DNA of 64,000 nt from IMG/VR virus record IMGVR_UViG_3300012929_000001. One strand, 5' to 3'. The stretch comes from a virus. This document shows positions 7,772 to 16,178 of this stretch, in pieces (positions within the stretch are counted from its first letter, which is position 1; every line of letters begins with the position of its first letter). The position numbers and the translations under genes were made by a program. The notes under the pieces were generated by a model. It was not told the origin of the DNA. It saw only the letters and a list, made by a program, of their open reading frames with translations, and made no database searches.

Positions 7772-9517
7772 GTGGAATTCCAAATAAAAGTCCGCGAGCT
7801 TACCGAACTGTTAAAGCGGACTGGCAACAAGAACGAGAAAATCCGCGAAGCTATTCGCTATAAGAACGAGGACTCGCGGACCACGCTGGCCACTACCGTC
7901 TTCGCGCCCGGGGAGCTTAAGACGCTAGCCGCCGTAATCGACGCCCGGCTAGCGGAGGCACCGACCGATCGGCATAATAAATGGGTAAAGGGTCGCTTAC
8001 GCGCTTACTTCGAATTGTTCGAAGGCAAGGTTAGTTCCGCGACAAAGGTTAAGAACCTACAAATGCTTCCCATTGCCATTCAACGTTACCTGGAAGAATC
8101 TGCACCGCATCGTTGGATTTTCCGAGAGAATAGCGACCACATCCTGCTCCCCTATCTAGTTACGGATATTAAGTACTTTAAGCGCCGCCGCGAACGTGGA
8201 GGGTATGTCTACCCGGCCTACGTGAAAATAGATTTTCTTGGTTACAAGAACGGCTCTCGAGAAAGCGAAAGCGCGAGCATTGATGAGGACGCGTTTACGC
8301 CGACTACAGTTCCTAAGATTTTCGAGCAGCTCGGACTTAGTCATGAAACGCCCGCTGCTGTAGCAGAATACACGGCGTCGTTGGAAACCTATGGAGTTTA
8401 CCAGAATGCTTGTGGCGTCCAGGCATTGGCTATCGGAGTGGGCTTCGGTATACAACTTAGCCGTTGGCAATCTCGTTACAGCCAGGTGGAAATGGTCCGT
8501 AACGGTCAGGCGACAAAAGTAGTTCTTGACCCGCGAACCGAGGAGCTTGAAGACAATAAGGGTGATGACGAGCCCCGCTTCTACACAGTTAATTTCTGGG
8601 AAGACGTACCCGACCGTAACGGCCTAACCGCGCGGGGCATTGAACTCGATGAAGACGAGGATGAAGACGAGGATGAAGACGATCCAGACGAGCCGGAGAA
8701 GCCGAAACTCGAAGTTATGCTCCCGCTGCATCCTTATTTGTACTGCTTCGATCTGGACACTCATAGCTGGATTAACCTGCACGCCGCTAACCTACAACCG
8801 TACGATTGGGATAAAACGCTATTACAAAAGTTGATCTTACCGCAAGAGCAGAAAGACCTACTACAAATTCTCATCAGTTCCAGCGGGCACTCCATCGAAG
8901 ACATTGTACGCGGCAAAATGAGCGGTGTAATCGTCTTGGCTACGGGAGCGCCCGGCACGGGTAAGACGCTTACCGCAGAAGTGTTCTCGGAGTACATTGA
9001 GAAGCCGCTCTACAACGTGCAGTGTTCCCAGCTAGGTCTTAGCGTCGACACCATCGAAAGCAACCTACAAGAGATTCTCCAGCGGGCGTCACGATGGGGC
9101 GCAGTCCTACTCATTGACGAATCCGACGTTTACATCCGTAACCGGGGCGAGGACATAACCCAAAACGCAATTGTGGGTGTGTTCTTGCGGCTGCTCGAAT
9201 ACTACCGGGGCGTTCTGTTTATGACTAGCAATCGCGGGAATATCGTTGACGATGCCATTCTCTCGCGAGCCACAGCCTGGATTCAATACCAACTACCCTC
9301 CGCCGAGCTTCTCGCTACAATCTGGAGCGTGCTGTGCCGGCAATATCGTGTGGAGTTGAAAACGAAAGAAATTGCACAGCTAGTAAAAGAGCTTCCCAAC
9401 ATCAGCGGGCGTTCTGTACGCAACATTCTTAAGCTGGCAACAATGTTGAAGAAAGAGAAAGCTACGGTTGCTGACATCATTAACGTGAGTAAGTATCAAG
9501 CCTTGGAGCAAAAGTGA
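7772..9517 (+). CDS. AAA+ ATPase with a large unknown N-terminal domain and an acidic linker
   Basis: Walker A GAPGTGKT, Walker B LLIDESD, classical AAA second region of homology (SRATAW...). Start taken as the first GTG after the terminator, but CTG 7760 is possible. DEDEDEDEDEDD tract at ~8640-8700. Confidence 0.8.
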   Translation: MEFQIKVRELTELLKRTGNKNEKIREAIRYKNEDSRTTLATTVFAPGELKTLAAVIDARLAEAPTDRHNKWVKGRLRAYFELFEGKVSSATKVKNLQMLPIAIQRYLEESAPHRWIFRENSDHILLPYLVTDIKYFKRRRERGGYVYPAYVKIDFLGYKNGSRESESASIDEDAFTPTTVPKIFEQLGLSHETPAAVAEYTASLETYGVYQNACGVQALAIGVGFGIQLSRWQSRYSQVEMVRNGQATKVVLDPRTEELEDNKGDDEPRFYTVNFWEDVPDRNGLTARGIELDEDEDEDEDEDDPDEPEKPKLEVMLPLHPYLYCFDLDTHSWINLHAANLQPYDWDKTLLQKLILPQEQKDLLQILISSSGHSIEDIVRGKMSGVIVLATGAPGTGKTLTAEVFSEYIEKPLYNVQCSQLGLSVDTIESNLQEILQRASRWGAVLLIDESDVYIRNRGEDITQNAIVGVFLRLLEYYRGVLFMTSNRGNIVDDAILSRATAWIQYQLPSAELLATIWSVLCRQYRVELKTKEIAQLVKELPNISGRSVRNILKLATMLKKEKATVADIINVSKYQALEQK

Positions 9518-10338
9518 AAAACTCGCTCGAACTCTTTATTCCGAGCACGGGCCGCGCGGCGCTGCAGACCACTATCTTCGCACTGCCGGAACCCTGGCAA
9601 CGGGTTACCACGGTCGTCGTCTACGCCCACGAGCGCCGGGCGTACGTGGAAACGGTACCGCCCTGGGTTACGGTAAAAGCCGTTCCGGAGCGCGTGCAAC
9701 GCATCGGTATGAAGCGACAATGGATAGTGGAACAAGCGCAAGGGCCTAAGATCTGTATGCTCGACGACGATCTCGAGCTATTAGTCCGCCGCTCCGACGA
9801 ACCTGCGCACTTTTTAGCCGCGAGCACTACCGACGTCGGCGAAATGCTAGAAACTATCGAGCGGACACTATCTGCTCGAATCCCCCACGTCGGCGTCTGT
9901 CCCCGCGAAGGCGGTAACCGCATGTTGGAGGACGGATACTGTATGCGCATGTGTCGCGTATTGGCCTACCACATGAGCACACTGCGCGGGAGTGCTGCTC
10001 GTTTCGACCGTAACCCACCCATGGAAGACTTCGACATGACATTGCAGCTGCTACGGCTGGGGCACCCCAATAAGGTGCTCCACCTGTGGGCCCACGGACA
10101 ACGCGGTAGCAACACTATCGGCGGCTGTAGCGGTTACCGTACGCTTAAGGTACAGGCCGAGACGGCTCGGCGCTTGGCCCGACTGCACCCCGGCTTCGTT
10201 AAAGCTGTACAGAAGACCACCAAAACAGCGTGGGGCGGCGCAACGCGGACGGACGTAGTTGTGCAATGGAAAAAAGCCTATCTCAGCAGTGGAAAGGCGC
10301 TAAAGCGTGAGAACGACGGAATTCTTTCAATTTATTAA
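9514..10338 (+). CDS. Putative GT-A-fold nucleotide-sugar transferase (D-D-D motif); function uncertain
   Basis: GTGA coupling to the AAA+ gene. A beta-alpha-beta-like N-terminus followed by KICMLDDDLEL (DxD-type motif). It resembles phage DNA-glycosyltransferase-like GT-A proteins, from memory only. Confidence 0.45.
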   Translation: MKNSLELFIPSTGRAALQTTIFALPEPWQRVTTVVVYAHERRAYVETVPPWVTVKAVPERVQRIGMKRQWIVEQAQGPKICMLDDDLELLVRRSDEPAHFLAASTTDVGEMLETIERTLSARIPHVGVCPREGGNRMLEDGYCMRMCRVLAYHMSTLRGSAARFDRNPPMEDFDMTLQLLRLGHPNKVLHLWAHGQRGSNTIGGCSGYRTLKVQAETARRLARLHPGFVKAVQKTTKTAWGGATRTDVVVQWKKAYLSSGKALKRENDGILSIY

Positions 10339-11167
10339 AGTCCGCCACGCTATCTGGGTCTGTCGGGAGCGTGGTGAACCCGCGCCCTGGACGGAAGACC
10401 CAATTTTACAGAAGTTCCGTTTTTGCAATGTTTACAGGGAGCTTGACAAGGTAACAATCTGGATTCGGGAACACTGGCGTACGCCGCACGCGACGGACCC
10501 CGATCTGTGGTTCGCATTAACAGTGGCTCGCTTCTTCAACTTACCGGCGACGCTCGCGACGCTTGGATATCCGGTACCCTACCGCCCAGCGGAGCTCCGA
10601 AAGCGACTTAAGAAGCTAACCCCGCCCGTCTTTAACGCGGCGTATATGGTCCGCTCGGACCCGGGCGATAAAATCGACTATGTACTTAATGCCGTGTTGG
10701 CGCCGATGTGGAAAGCAAGAAAAGATATTTGGGCCGTAATTAACAATGAAACACTCGGCACTATTCCCCCGCCTACGCTCGCCGATATACACAGTGTACT
10801 TTCCCAATATTACGGCATGGGTAGCTTTATGGCCGCGCAAGTAATCGCGGATCTTAAGTACGTAGCACCGCTTAACCGAGCCAAAGACTGGTGGACGTGG
10901 GCTGCGCCCGGGCCGGGTAGCATGCGGGGTCTGAATCGAGTGTGCGGATATCCTACAGAACATCCCTGGAAAGACGGGCAGGTAAATCATTGGCTTTCTA
11001 CGTTGCAAAAATTACAATCGGAGTTGGCCCCGCTTTTACAAAAAGTAGGGATGCCACGTATGTGTGCACAAAATACCCAGAACGCATGTTGCGAGTTCGA
11101 CAAGTATGAACGCGCTCGCACGGGCGAAGGTCGACCGAAACAACTTTATCGAGGAAGTGGGATATGA
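10307..11167 (+). CDS. aGPT-Pplase-like protein (alpha-glutamyl/putrescinyl thymine pyrophosphorylase family), tentative
   Basis: N-terminal FIKVRHAIWVCRERGEPAPWTEDPILQKFRFCNVYRELDKVTIWI matches the PWT.D.IL...RFCNV.RE.D+VT signature I recall for this phage family. No HMM run. Confidence 0.5.
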   Translation: MRTTEFFQFIKVRHAIWVCRERGEPAPWTEDPILQKFRFCNVYRELDKVTIWIREHWRTPHATDPDLWFALTVARFFNLPATLATLGYPVPYRPAELRKRLKKLTPPVFNAAYMVRSDPGDKIDYVLNAVLAPMWKARKDIWAVINNETLGTIPPPTLADIHSVLSQYYGMGSFMAAQVIADLKYVAPLNRAKDWWTWAAPGPGSMRGLNRVCGYPTEHPWKDGQVNHWLSTLQKLQSELAPLLQKVGMPRMCAQNTQNACCEFDKYERARTGEGRPKQLYRGSGI

Positions 11168-11194
11168 CAAAGCAAGAACGAATGAAAGGAAAAT

Positions 11195-12274
11195 ATGGAA
11201 TTAAAGTGTCGTAACGTGAACGCAGCTCTTGCCGACGGTATCATGTACCTTCGTACGTCCGGCATCACACAAACTTCTCGCAACGGCCCGGTGTTGGTTG
11301 CACCAGAGCCAGTCCTTACCGTTTACCGCAAGCCTCAGGAACGAGTGCTGTTTTCGCCACGGCGAGATGCTAACCCCTTTTTCCATTTAATGGAAGCGCT
11401 CTGGATGCTCGCCGGGCGGAACGACTTAGCCTGGCCCTTGTACTTTAACTCCAAGTTCGGAGCTTACTCGGACGACGGTGTTACCGTGCACGGTGCATAC
11501 GGCGACCGCTGGCGCGTGGGAATGGGCTTCGATCAACTTATCCCCATTGCGAATGAGCTGAAGAATAACCCGGAAAGTCGACGTTGTATATTGCAGATGT
11601 GGGATGCAACGCAGGAAGCCGGGCAGTATAACGATCTGTACAAAGCAATCGGCGGTGGAAAAGATGTACCCTGCAACACACACGTCTATTTTCTCGTGCA
11701 GGATGGTGGTACGTTGGATATGACCGTATGCTGCCGCTCCAACGATATTATCCTCGGCGCGTACGGAGCCAACGCCGTACACATGTCGATCCTGCAAGAG
11801 TACGTCGCCGCCCGGGCGGGCTATGCGATCGGTACATATCGACAATTCTCGAACAATTACCACTTGTACACGCGCGACTTCGAAGCGCATTCCGATGGCC
11901 CGGACTGGGCACTTTGGCAATTGGCGCAGGACGTGGAAACCTCAAATCGCTATGAAGACGGTATTCCGCCGTCGCGCGTAATTAACATTGACAATGTTGA
12001 TGAGTGGGACGAAGAACTGAGTAATTTTTTCCGGCTGTGTGATTCTAACGCTTCAGGCAAACTAGATTGGTCAAAATTCACTGATCAATTTTTTACACAG
12101 TGCGCACTGCCGATGTACGCGGCGTGGACGGAACGGAAAGAAAAGCGAGGAACGGGGCTCGCAGCACTAGAACCTATGCAAACGGCTTATCGGGACTGGT
12201 ACGCGGCCTGTAAAGAATGGATCGAACGCCGGGAGCTAAGAAATATGAAACTCGTTGCGCCCGCCGGATCGTAG
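11195..12274 (+). CDS. Thymidylate synthase (ThyA) superfamily enzyme, either a deoxypyrimidine hydroxymethylase or a divergent TS, with a ~110-aa C-terminal extension
   Basis: NPESRRCILQMWD, catalytic-Cys context DVPCNTHVYFLV, and CRSNDIILGAYGAN (compare QRSxDxxLGxPFN in ThyA). AAAGGAAAA RBS. Confidence 0.8.
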   Translation: MELKCRNVNAALADGIMYLRTSGITQTSRNGPVLVAPEPVLTVYRKPQERVLFSPRRDANPFFHLMEALWMLAGRNDLAWPLYFNSKFGAYSDDGVTVHGAYGDRWRVGMGFDQLIPIANELKNNPESRRCILQMWDATQEAGQYNDLYKAIGGGKDVPCNTHVYFLVQDGGTLDMTVCCRSNDIILGAYGANAVHMSILQEYVAARAGYAIGTYRQFSNNYHLYTRDFEAHSDGPDWALWQLAQDVETSNRYEDGIPPSRVINIDNVDEWDEELSNFFRLCDSNASGKLDWSKFTDQFFTQCALPMYAAWTERKEKRGTGLAALEPMQTAYRDWYAACKEWIERRELRNMKLVAPAGS

Positions 12275-12443
12275 GCTGGACGAAGTTCTCCACGCCGTGC
12301 ACTTAATCGATATTTGTCTGCGCGTAGACCGGGGCGAGCGCTGTGGGGCGCATAAAAAGGTCGGCAACGACCTAGGCCCAATGATTGGGGTAATGGATTG
12401 GACGGTCGAGCTTCACCGATTATTGAACGGAGGACAGACGGCA

Positions 12444-12863
12444 ATGAAAGAATTGAAAGAAGATTTACGAGTAAAGGATCCTAACCGTAGACAGGTCGGA
12501 GGCATGCATTACGGCGGAGGTACATACCAACATTGGGATCTTATGATCGACACGATAGGTCCCGGGTACCTGGTCGGCTGTGCTACAAAGTATCTAGCTC
12601 GCGCGAAGAACCCATTGCAGGATACGGATAAAGCGATCCACTACATTGAGAAATTAGAATCACTTTACGCGCCCGGTGGTAAACTGTACGGACAACTTCC
12701 CCCGGCGCGAAGCCGAGCGGGATGGTACGCGTACTGTAAGGAAAACTGCCCGACGCAGGCGCAACAGGATATCTTCTTGCTCTTACTGGGCTATACGACG
12801 CTGGAAGAGGTCCGTACGGCGAAGCGGTTGACAATGGCATACCGGAATGCACTAACCCGTTAA
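12444..12863 (+). CDS. DUF3310-like protein
   Basis: GGAGGA RBS. HYGGGTYQHWDLMID...GCATKYLARAKN...DTDKAIHYIEKL matches the DUF3310 pattern (hY...KYl.R...K...Dl.KA.hYl). Confidence 0.55.
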   Translation: MKELKEDLRVKDPNRRQVGGMHYGGGTYQHWDLMIDTIGPGYLVGCATKYLARAKNPLQDTDKAIHYIEKLESLYAPGGKLYGQLPPARSRAGWYAYCKENCPTQAQQDIFLLLLGYTTLEEVRTAKRLTMAYRNALTR

Positions 12864-12986
12864 AATGTACTACTTTGTATTTTATCGACAGCGTTGGGAA
12901 GACTGTATGTTAACGTTCGCGCAGCGTATACTAGCTCAGCCGGGCGAGCTTACGTCCGAGAATGTGCAGGAATTGGAGGCGATAGG

Positions 12987-13313
12987 ATGGGCGCTCGAAG
13001 AAATATGCTCAGCCCCGAGCCGCTTTCCCAGCGGGCCATAACCGAGCTGCTTTCGATAAGAGAATTTCTCGGGCTCTGCGGCGCGATGGACGAGCGGTGC
13101 GGAAGAACGCTGGCGGCGGTCACGGCGCTGGGTGGGCCGCTGACAGGCATGGGCGGTGGGCAGTACCAAATCGCCGCCCGCAACCTGGGCGGCGTAAGGT
13201 TCGACGTGCTCCACGTGGACCGCGACGAGGGCGGGAAGCTCGTTTCCGTCCTCGTAAGTGCGGAGGACGACGGGCTGTTGAGAATCAATTACGAAAACGG
13301 AGAATTAAAATGA
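12987..13313 (+). CDS. Hypothetical protein
   Basis: ATG preceded by TTGGAGG. Alternative starts exist at 12894 (TTG) and 13005. A competing 43-aa ORF (12907-13038, another frame) also looks protein-like. Confidence 0.4.
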   Translation: MGARRNMLSPEPLSQRAITELLSIREFLGLCGAMDERCGRTLAAVTALGGPLTGMGGGQYQIAARNLGGVRFDVLHVDRDEGGKLVSVLVSAEDDGLLRINYENGELK

Positions 13314-13687
13314 AAATAGTAGACCGAATCGGGTCTTACATGTTAGAAGCTTTACTGTGCTTAGCTGTAGTAGGCTTCGTATTCGCCGAGACTGCCATAA
13401 CAACACTAACATTGCCCGAGGTCGTGCAGCTACGCATCCAGAACGCCTATAAAGACGCCATGCTGGCTTCGGCGGAAGTGCAGCGCGTACAAGCGGCGGT
13501 CATCGCTGCCTCCCCCGACTGCCAAACTGCAACCAAGGCATTCCAAAAAACCGTGGACGACTATAACGCTCTGCTCGCGAAAGAGGCTGCCGACGCCAAA
13601 TTACCCAAGGGCGCGACTATTGTTTATGACCCAACAACAAAGATTGCCAGTGTGAAGCAGCCGCCGTCAGAGCCAGTAAAGAAGTAG
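13310..13687 (+). CDS. Membrane-anchored or secreted small protein
   Basis: ATGA coupling. N-terminal hydrophobic segment MLEALLCLAVVGFVFA followed by a helical Ala/Lys-rich region. Confidence 0.5.
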   Translation: MKIVDRIGSYMLEALLCLAVVGFVFAETAITTLTLPEVVQLRIQNAYKDAMLASAEVQRVQAAVIAASPDCQTATKAFQKTVDDYNALLAKEAADAKLPKGATIVYDPTTKIASVKQPPSEPVKK

Positions 13688-13857
13688 AATTTGCGCGACG
13701 CTTTGCGTTGCGTCCCGCTCGCGCGCACCCGCGCAAAGGGTAGCTGGAGGAACGGCAAGTTCCCAAGAGTAGCGGCTGATCACCGTGAAGGGTTACGGTG
13801 CACCCTTAGACCAGCACAACCACTCAGCGAGCGGAACGGAACGCAAAGGAAATTAAA

Positions 13858-14016
13858 ATGACCGACAAATTTAACTACTTCCCCGTCTGCGCCGCCTGTG
13901 GCTTGGGCAATCTCGCGCTGATGCCACGGGTTACACTGGAAGAGCCAATCCGAGCTTTTTGTGTTGGCTGCCAGGAGCAGGTGTTGCTGACGGAGGTTCG
14001 ATACGAGAAGCGATAA
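13858..14016 (+). CDS. Small zinc-ribbon protein (52 aa, below the ORF-track cutoff)
   Basis: AAAGGAAATTAAAATG. Two CxxC pairs (CAAC, CVGC). Confidence 0.35.
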   Translation: MTDKFNYFPVCAACGLGNLALMPRVTLEEPIRAFCVGCQEQVLLTEVRYEKR

Positions 14017-14086
14017 TCCCAATTACATACAGCATACAGTAGAGAAGATCGAATTTGCGTTTATTATAGCGAGGCGCGAGCTTTCG

Positions 14087-14389
14087 GTGGACTTCCGAAT
14101 TTACCGCATTTGGGGCAGTACATTGCCGCCAGAAAGTGCACCCGTCTATTTGGATCGCTACGGTAATGGTGTAAATGTTACGGAGAACATAGTGCAAGCT
14201 GCTGTGTTTGCGCACGGCACGGTAAAGTGCGACGGCTGCTCGGACTGGCATTTCGACGCGCAAGAAGAAAACAACGCCGACGCCTTGCACGGCTGCACGC
14301 GAAAAGACCTCACCAATATCGGTGAGGTCCTGGCGGCAGCGTGGGACTCAGCGAAGAGCCTACTTGTCGATGTATGGACTGGCGGTTAA
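14087..14389 (+). CDS. Hypothetical protein (last gene of the plus-strand block)
   Basis: GTG-start ORF. It converges tail-to-tail with the minus-strand protease gene, overlapping by 4 nt. Confidence 0.4.
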   Translation: MDFRIYRIWGSTLPPESAPVYLDRYGNGVNVTENIVQAAVFAHGTVKCDGCSDWHFDAQEENNADALHGCTRKDLTNIGEVLAAAWDSAKSLLVDVWTGG

Positions 14390-15204
14390 ATCCAGGGGTG
14401 CCCCGAGTGCACAATCTTAAGGTCCGTATCCGGCGCGTCGAAGTACGCCACGGGCATCCAGCAGAACCCCCCGAGGCCCCATCCGTTGCCCCAGGAGTTC
14501 TGGATCAGAAAGGCAGCCGGGCAGTTCTGCGGTCGAATAGTTGGCATCCGACCAACATCGTACCCCAGGCAGAGTACCTCATGCCCGCCCAGCACCCGCT
14601 CGCCCCGCTGCGGTAGCGGAACGACGCCCGAATTGGCCACGGCATCGGACTCGAAGGAAGCGTACACGGTAAAGCCAACCTCCACGGGCCAAGGCGTCGA
14701 ATCACCCAGCACACTCTGTGCCACGGCACTTCCGGCGACGCCGTGGTACGCGCCCATACCGTAGTGTTTCGCCGCCGCTTCTTGCGTCGAAGTGGGCCGC
14801 GCGATCCGACCCGCAACGTACGGGTAGCTCGCTTCCGGACAACTGCCCTTGAAGATCAGCGTCTCGCAAAGTGTAGTCCCGTCCGATCCGGCGTCGTCCG
14901 CCGCATAGCCTTCAGGGAAACTACCCTGCCTGATCAACTCCTGCGCGTAGACGTACTGCGGGGACAAGACGGGCTCGGTGTGCAGGTAGCGGCGAAAGAT
15001 CCATTCCACGGCGCTGGTCCCGGCGTGGGCGGTGCAGCTGCCCTCGTCGCCCTGGTTCTTCACGGGCCCGGCGTTCGGGCGAAGATCAACGGCGGGCGGG
15101 AGGTTGGGCACCACGCGGCGGAGCATACGGTGCAAGGGTAAGGGTGGCGGTGCGGAGCGGCCATAACGACGTCCAGCAGGACTAACGGGTAAAACGGGAG
15201 GCAT
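14386..15204 (-). CDS. Papain-like cysteine peptidase (family C1)
   Basis: Full catalytic signature: NQGDEGSCTAHAG (Gln/Cys), GGHEVLCLGYD (His), IQNSWGNGWG (Asn-Ser-Trp). Confidence 0.8.
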   Translation of the reverse strand: MPPVLPVSPAGRRYGRSAPPPLPLHRMLRRVVPNLPPAVDLRPNAGPVKNQGDEGSCTAHAGTSAVEWIFRRYLHTEPVLSPQYVYAQELIRQGSFPEGYAADDAGSDGTTLCETLIFKGSCPEASYPYVAGRIARPTSTQEAAAKHYGMGAYHGVAGSAVAQSVLGDSTPWPVEVGFTVYASFESDAVANSGVVPLPQRGERVLGGHEVLCLGYDVGRMPTIRPQNCPAAFLIQNSWGNGWGLGGFCWMPVAYFDAPDTDLKIVHSGHPWI

Positions 15205-15266
15205 AGAGGGGTCCTTTCAGGTTTAGAAGGCTAGCTAGGCGTTACAGGTAGGGGTAGGCCAGCGAC

Positions 15267-15280
15267 TGGACAGCTGTCCA
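15267..15280. promoter_or_regulatory. Perfect 14-bp palindrome upstream of the C1 peptidase gene (possible operator)
   Basis: TGGACAGCTGTCCA lies 63-76 nt upstream of the ATG at 15204, inside a 158-nt intergenic gap. Confidence 0.3.
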
Positions 15281-15316
15281 AGCGTAGACTAGCGCTACTC
15301 GAGGGGGGGTATAAGA

Positions 15317-15342
15317 GGGGTTTTCCAACTAAGGAAAACCCC
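15317..15342 (-). terminator. Hairpin terminator candidate after the lysis cassette
   Basis: 10-bp perfect stem GGGGTTTTCC/GGAAAACCCC with a 6-nt loop, followed on the minus strand by TCTTAT. It sits 21 nt downstream of the stop at 15363. Confidence 0.5.
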
Positions 15343-15362
15343 ATAGCGGCCCGTACTGTGGT

Positions 15363-16178
15363 TTAACGCGGCCCGGGGACTACTGGGCCGACGGGTTTCG
15401 GTGGACGCTTTGGAGCTTGCCCGGTTGCAGCAGGTTCGTGTGCGGCGAACGCAGCATGACTGTGTGCATCGGCAAAGGCAGACTCACCCGCTAAACCCTG
15501 TTCAACGGGCTTAGCGGTAGCCTTAGGGTGAAACTCGTCGTGCCAATCGCCCCGGGGGTCGTGGCCCGGCTTGGGCAGAGTCTTCGCCCGGTTGATACGG
15601 TACTGATCGCCGAAACTTCCGGCGATAACGTTAAACTCTTTCTCGAACTCGTCGGCGCTCTTTACGGCATGCACGGCGACGCGGAGCTGCGCGTGCGTCG
15701 TCGTCTTACCTTGCAGGATCGGTACAAGCTTCTCTAAGGCGATGATCTCTGAGTCGATAGCTCCGATGACAGCGAAAATGCGCCCCTGTGTCACCGGGTC
15801 GGCGATGTGCAGGTCGGGTAGGATCGTATTGAGGTTGTCGGTGATCGTCTCTAGGATGTTCTGGATGCGCCCTAGGATTCCCGGCTGCTCCGTGGCGTCC
15901 GCAGAGTTGTAAGAGTTGATCAGGTTCGCGACCTCGCGCAAATCAGTTTGTGCCTCTGCGCCCCATTTCTGCACCGCCGTAAGCGTCGCCGGGGTCACGC
16001 CGACGCCGAAGGCGGTGACGATGCCGAGCGCGGAAAGGATGGCGGGTTCGAGCATCGCGACGATGCTGATGGCTTGGGCGGTCCAGCTCGCGTTGCACCC
16101 CGTGGTTAGCAGGATGCAAAGCACAATGACGTTCAGCGCCAGCAGGCGCAGGACGAAGGTTTTCAAGTCAGTCTTCAT
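15363..16178 (-). CDS. Putative lipoprotein or envelope protein of the lysis cassette
   Basis: Signal peptide with a lipobox-like LLTTGC. ATGA coupling to the endolysin gene. Pro-rich C-terminus. Confidence 0.6.
   Translation of the reverse strand: MKTDLKTFVLRLLALNVIVLCILLTTGCNASWTAQAISIVAMLEPAILSALGIVTAFGVGVTPATLTAVQKWGAEAQTDLREVANLINSYNSADATEQPGILGRIQNILETITDNLNTILPDLHIADPVTQGRIFAVIGAIDSEIIALEKLVPILQGKTTTHAQLRVAVHAVKSADEFEKEFNVIAGSFGDQYRINRAKTLPKPGHDPRGDWHDEFHPKATAKPVEQGLAGESAFADAHSHAAFAAHEPAATGQAPKRPPKPVGPVVPGPR

Noticed and set aside
8640-8700. Tandem GATGAAGACGAG repeats, considered as a VNTR or CRISPR-like array
   Set aside because: The repeat unit is only 12 nt, in frame, with no spacers. 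It simply encodes the acidic DEDEDE linker of the AAA+ protein.
13688-13857. 170-nt untranslated gap with small alternative hairpins (CACCGT/ACGGTG at 13781-13800 versus AAGGGT/ACCCTT at 13788-13807), considered as a riboswitch or attenuator
   Set aside because: The stems are only 6 bp, no known riboswitch consensus was recognised, and no U-tract follows. Chance occurrence is likely.
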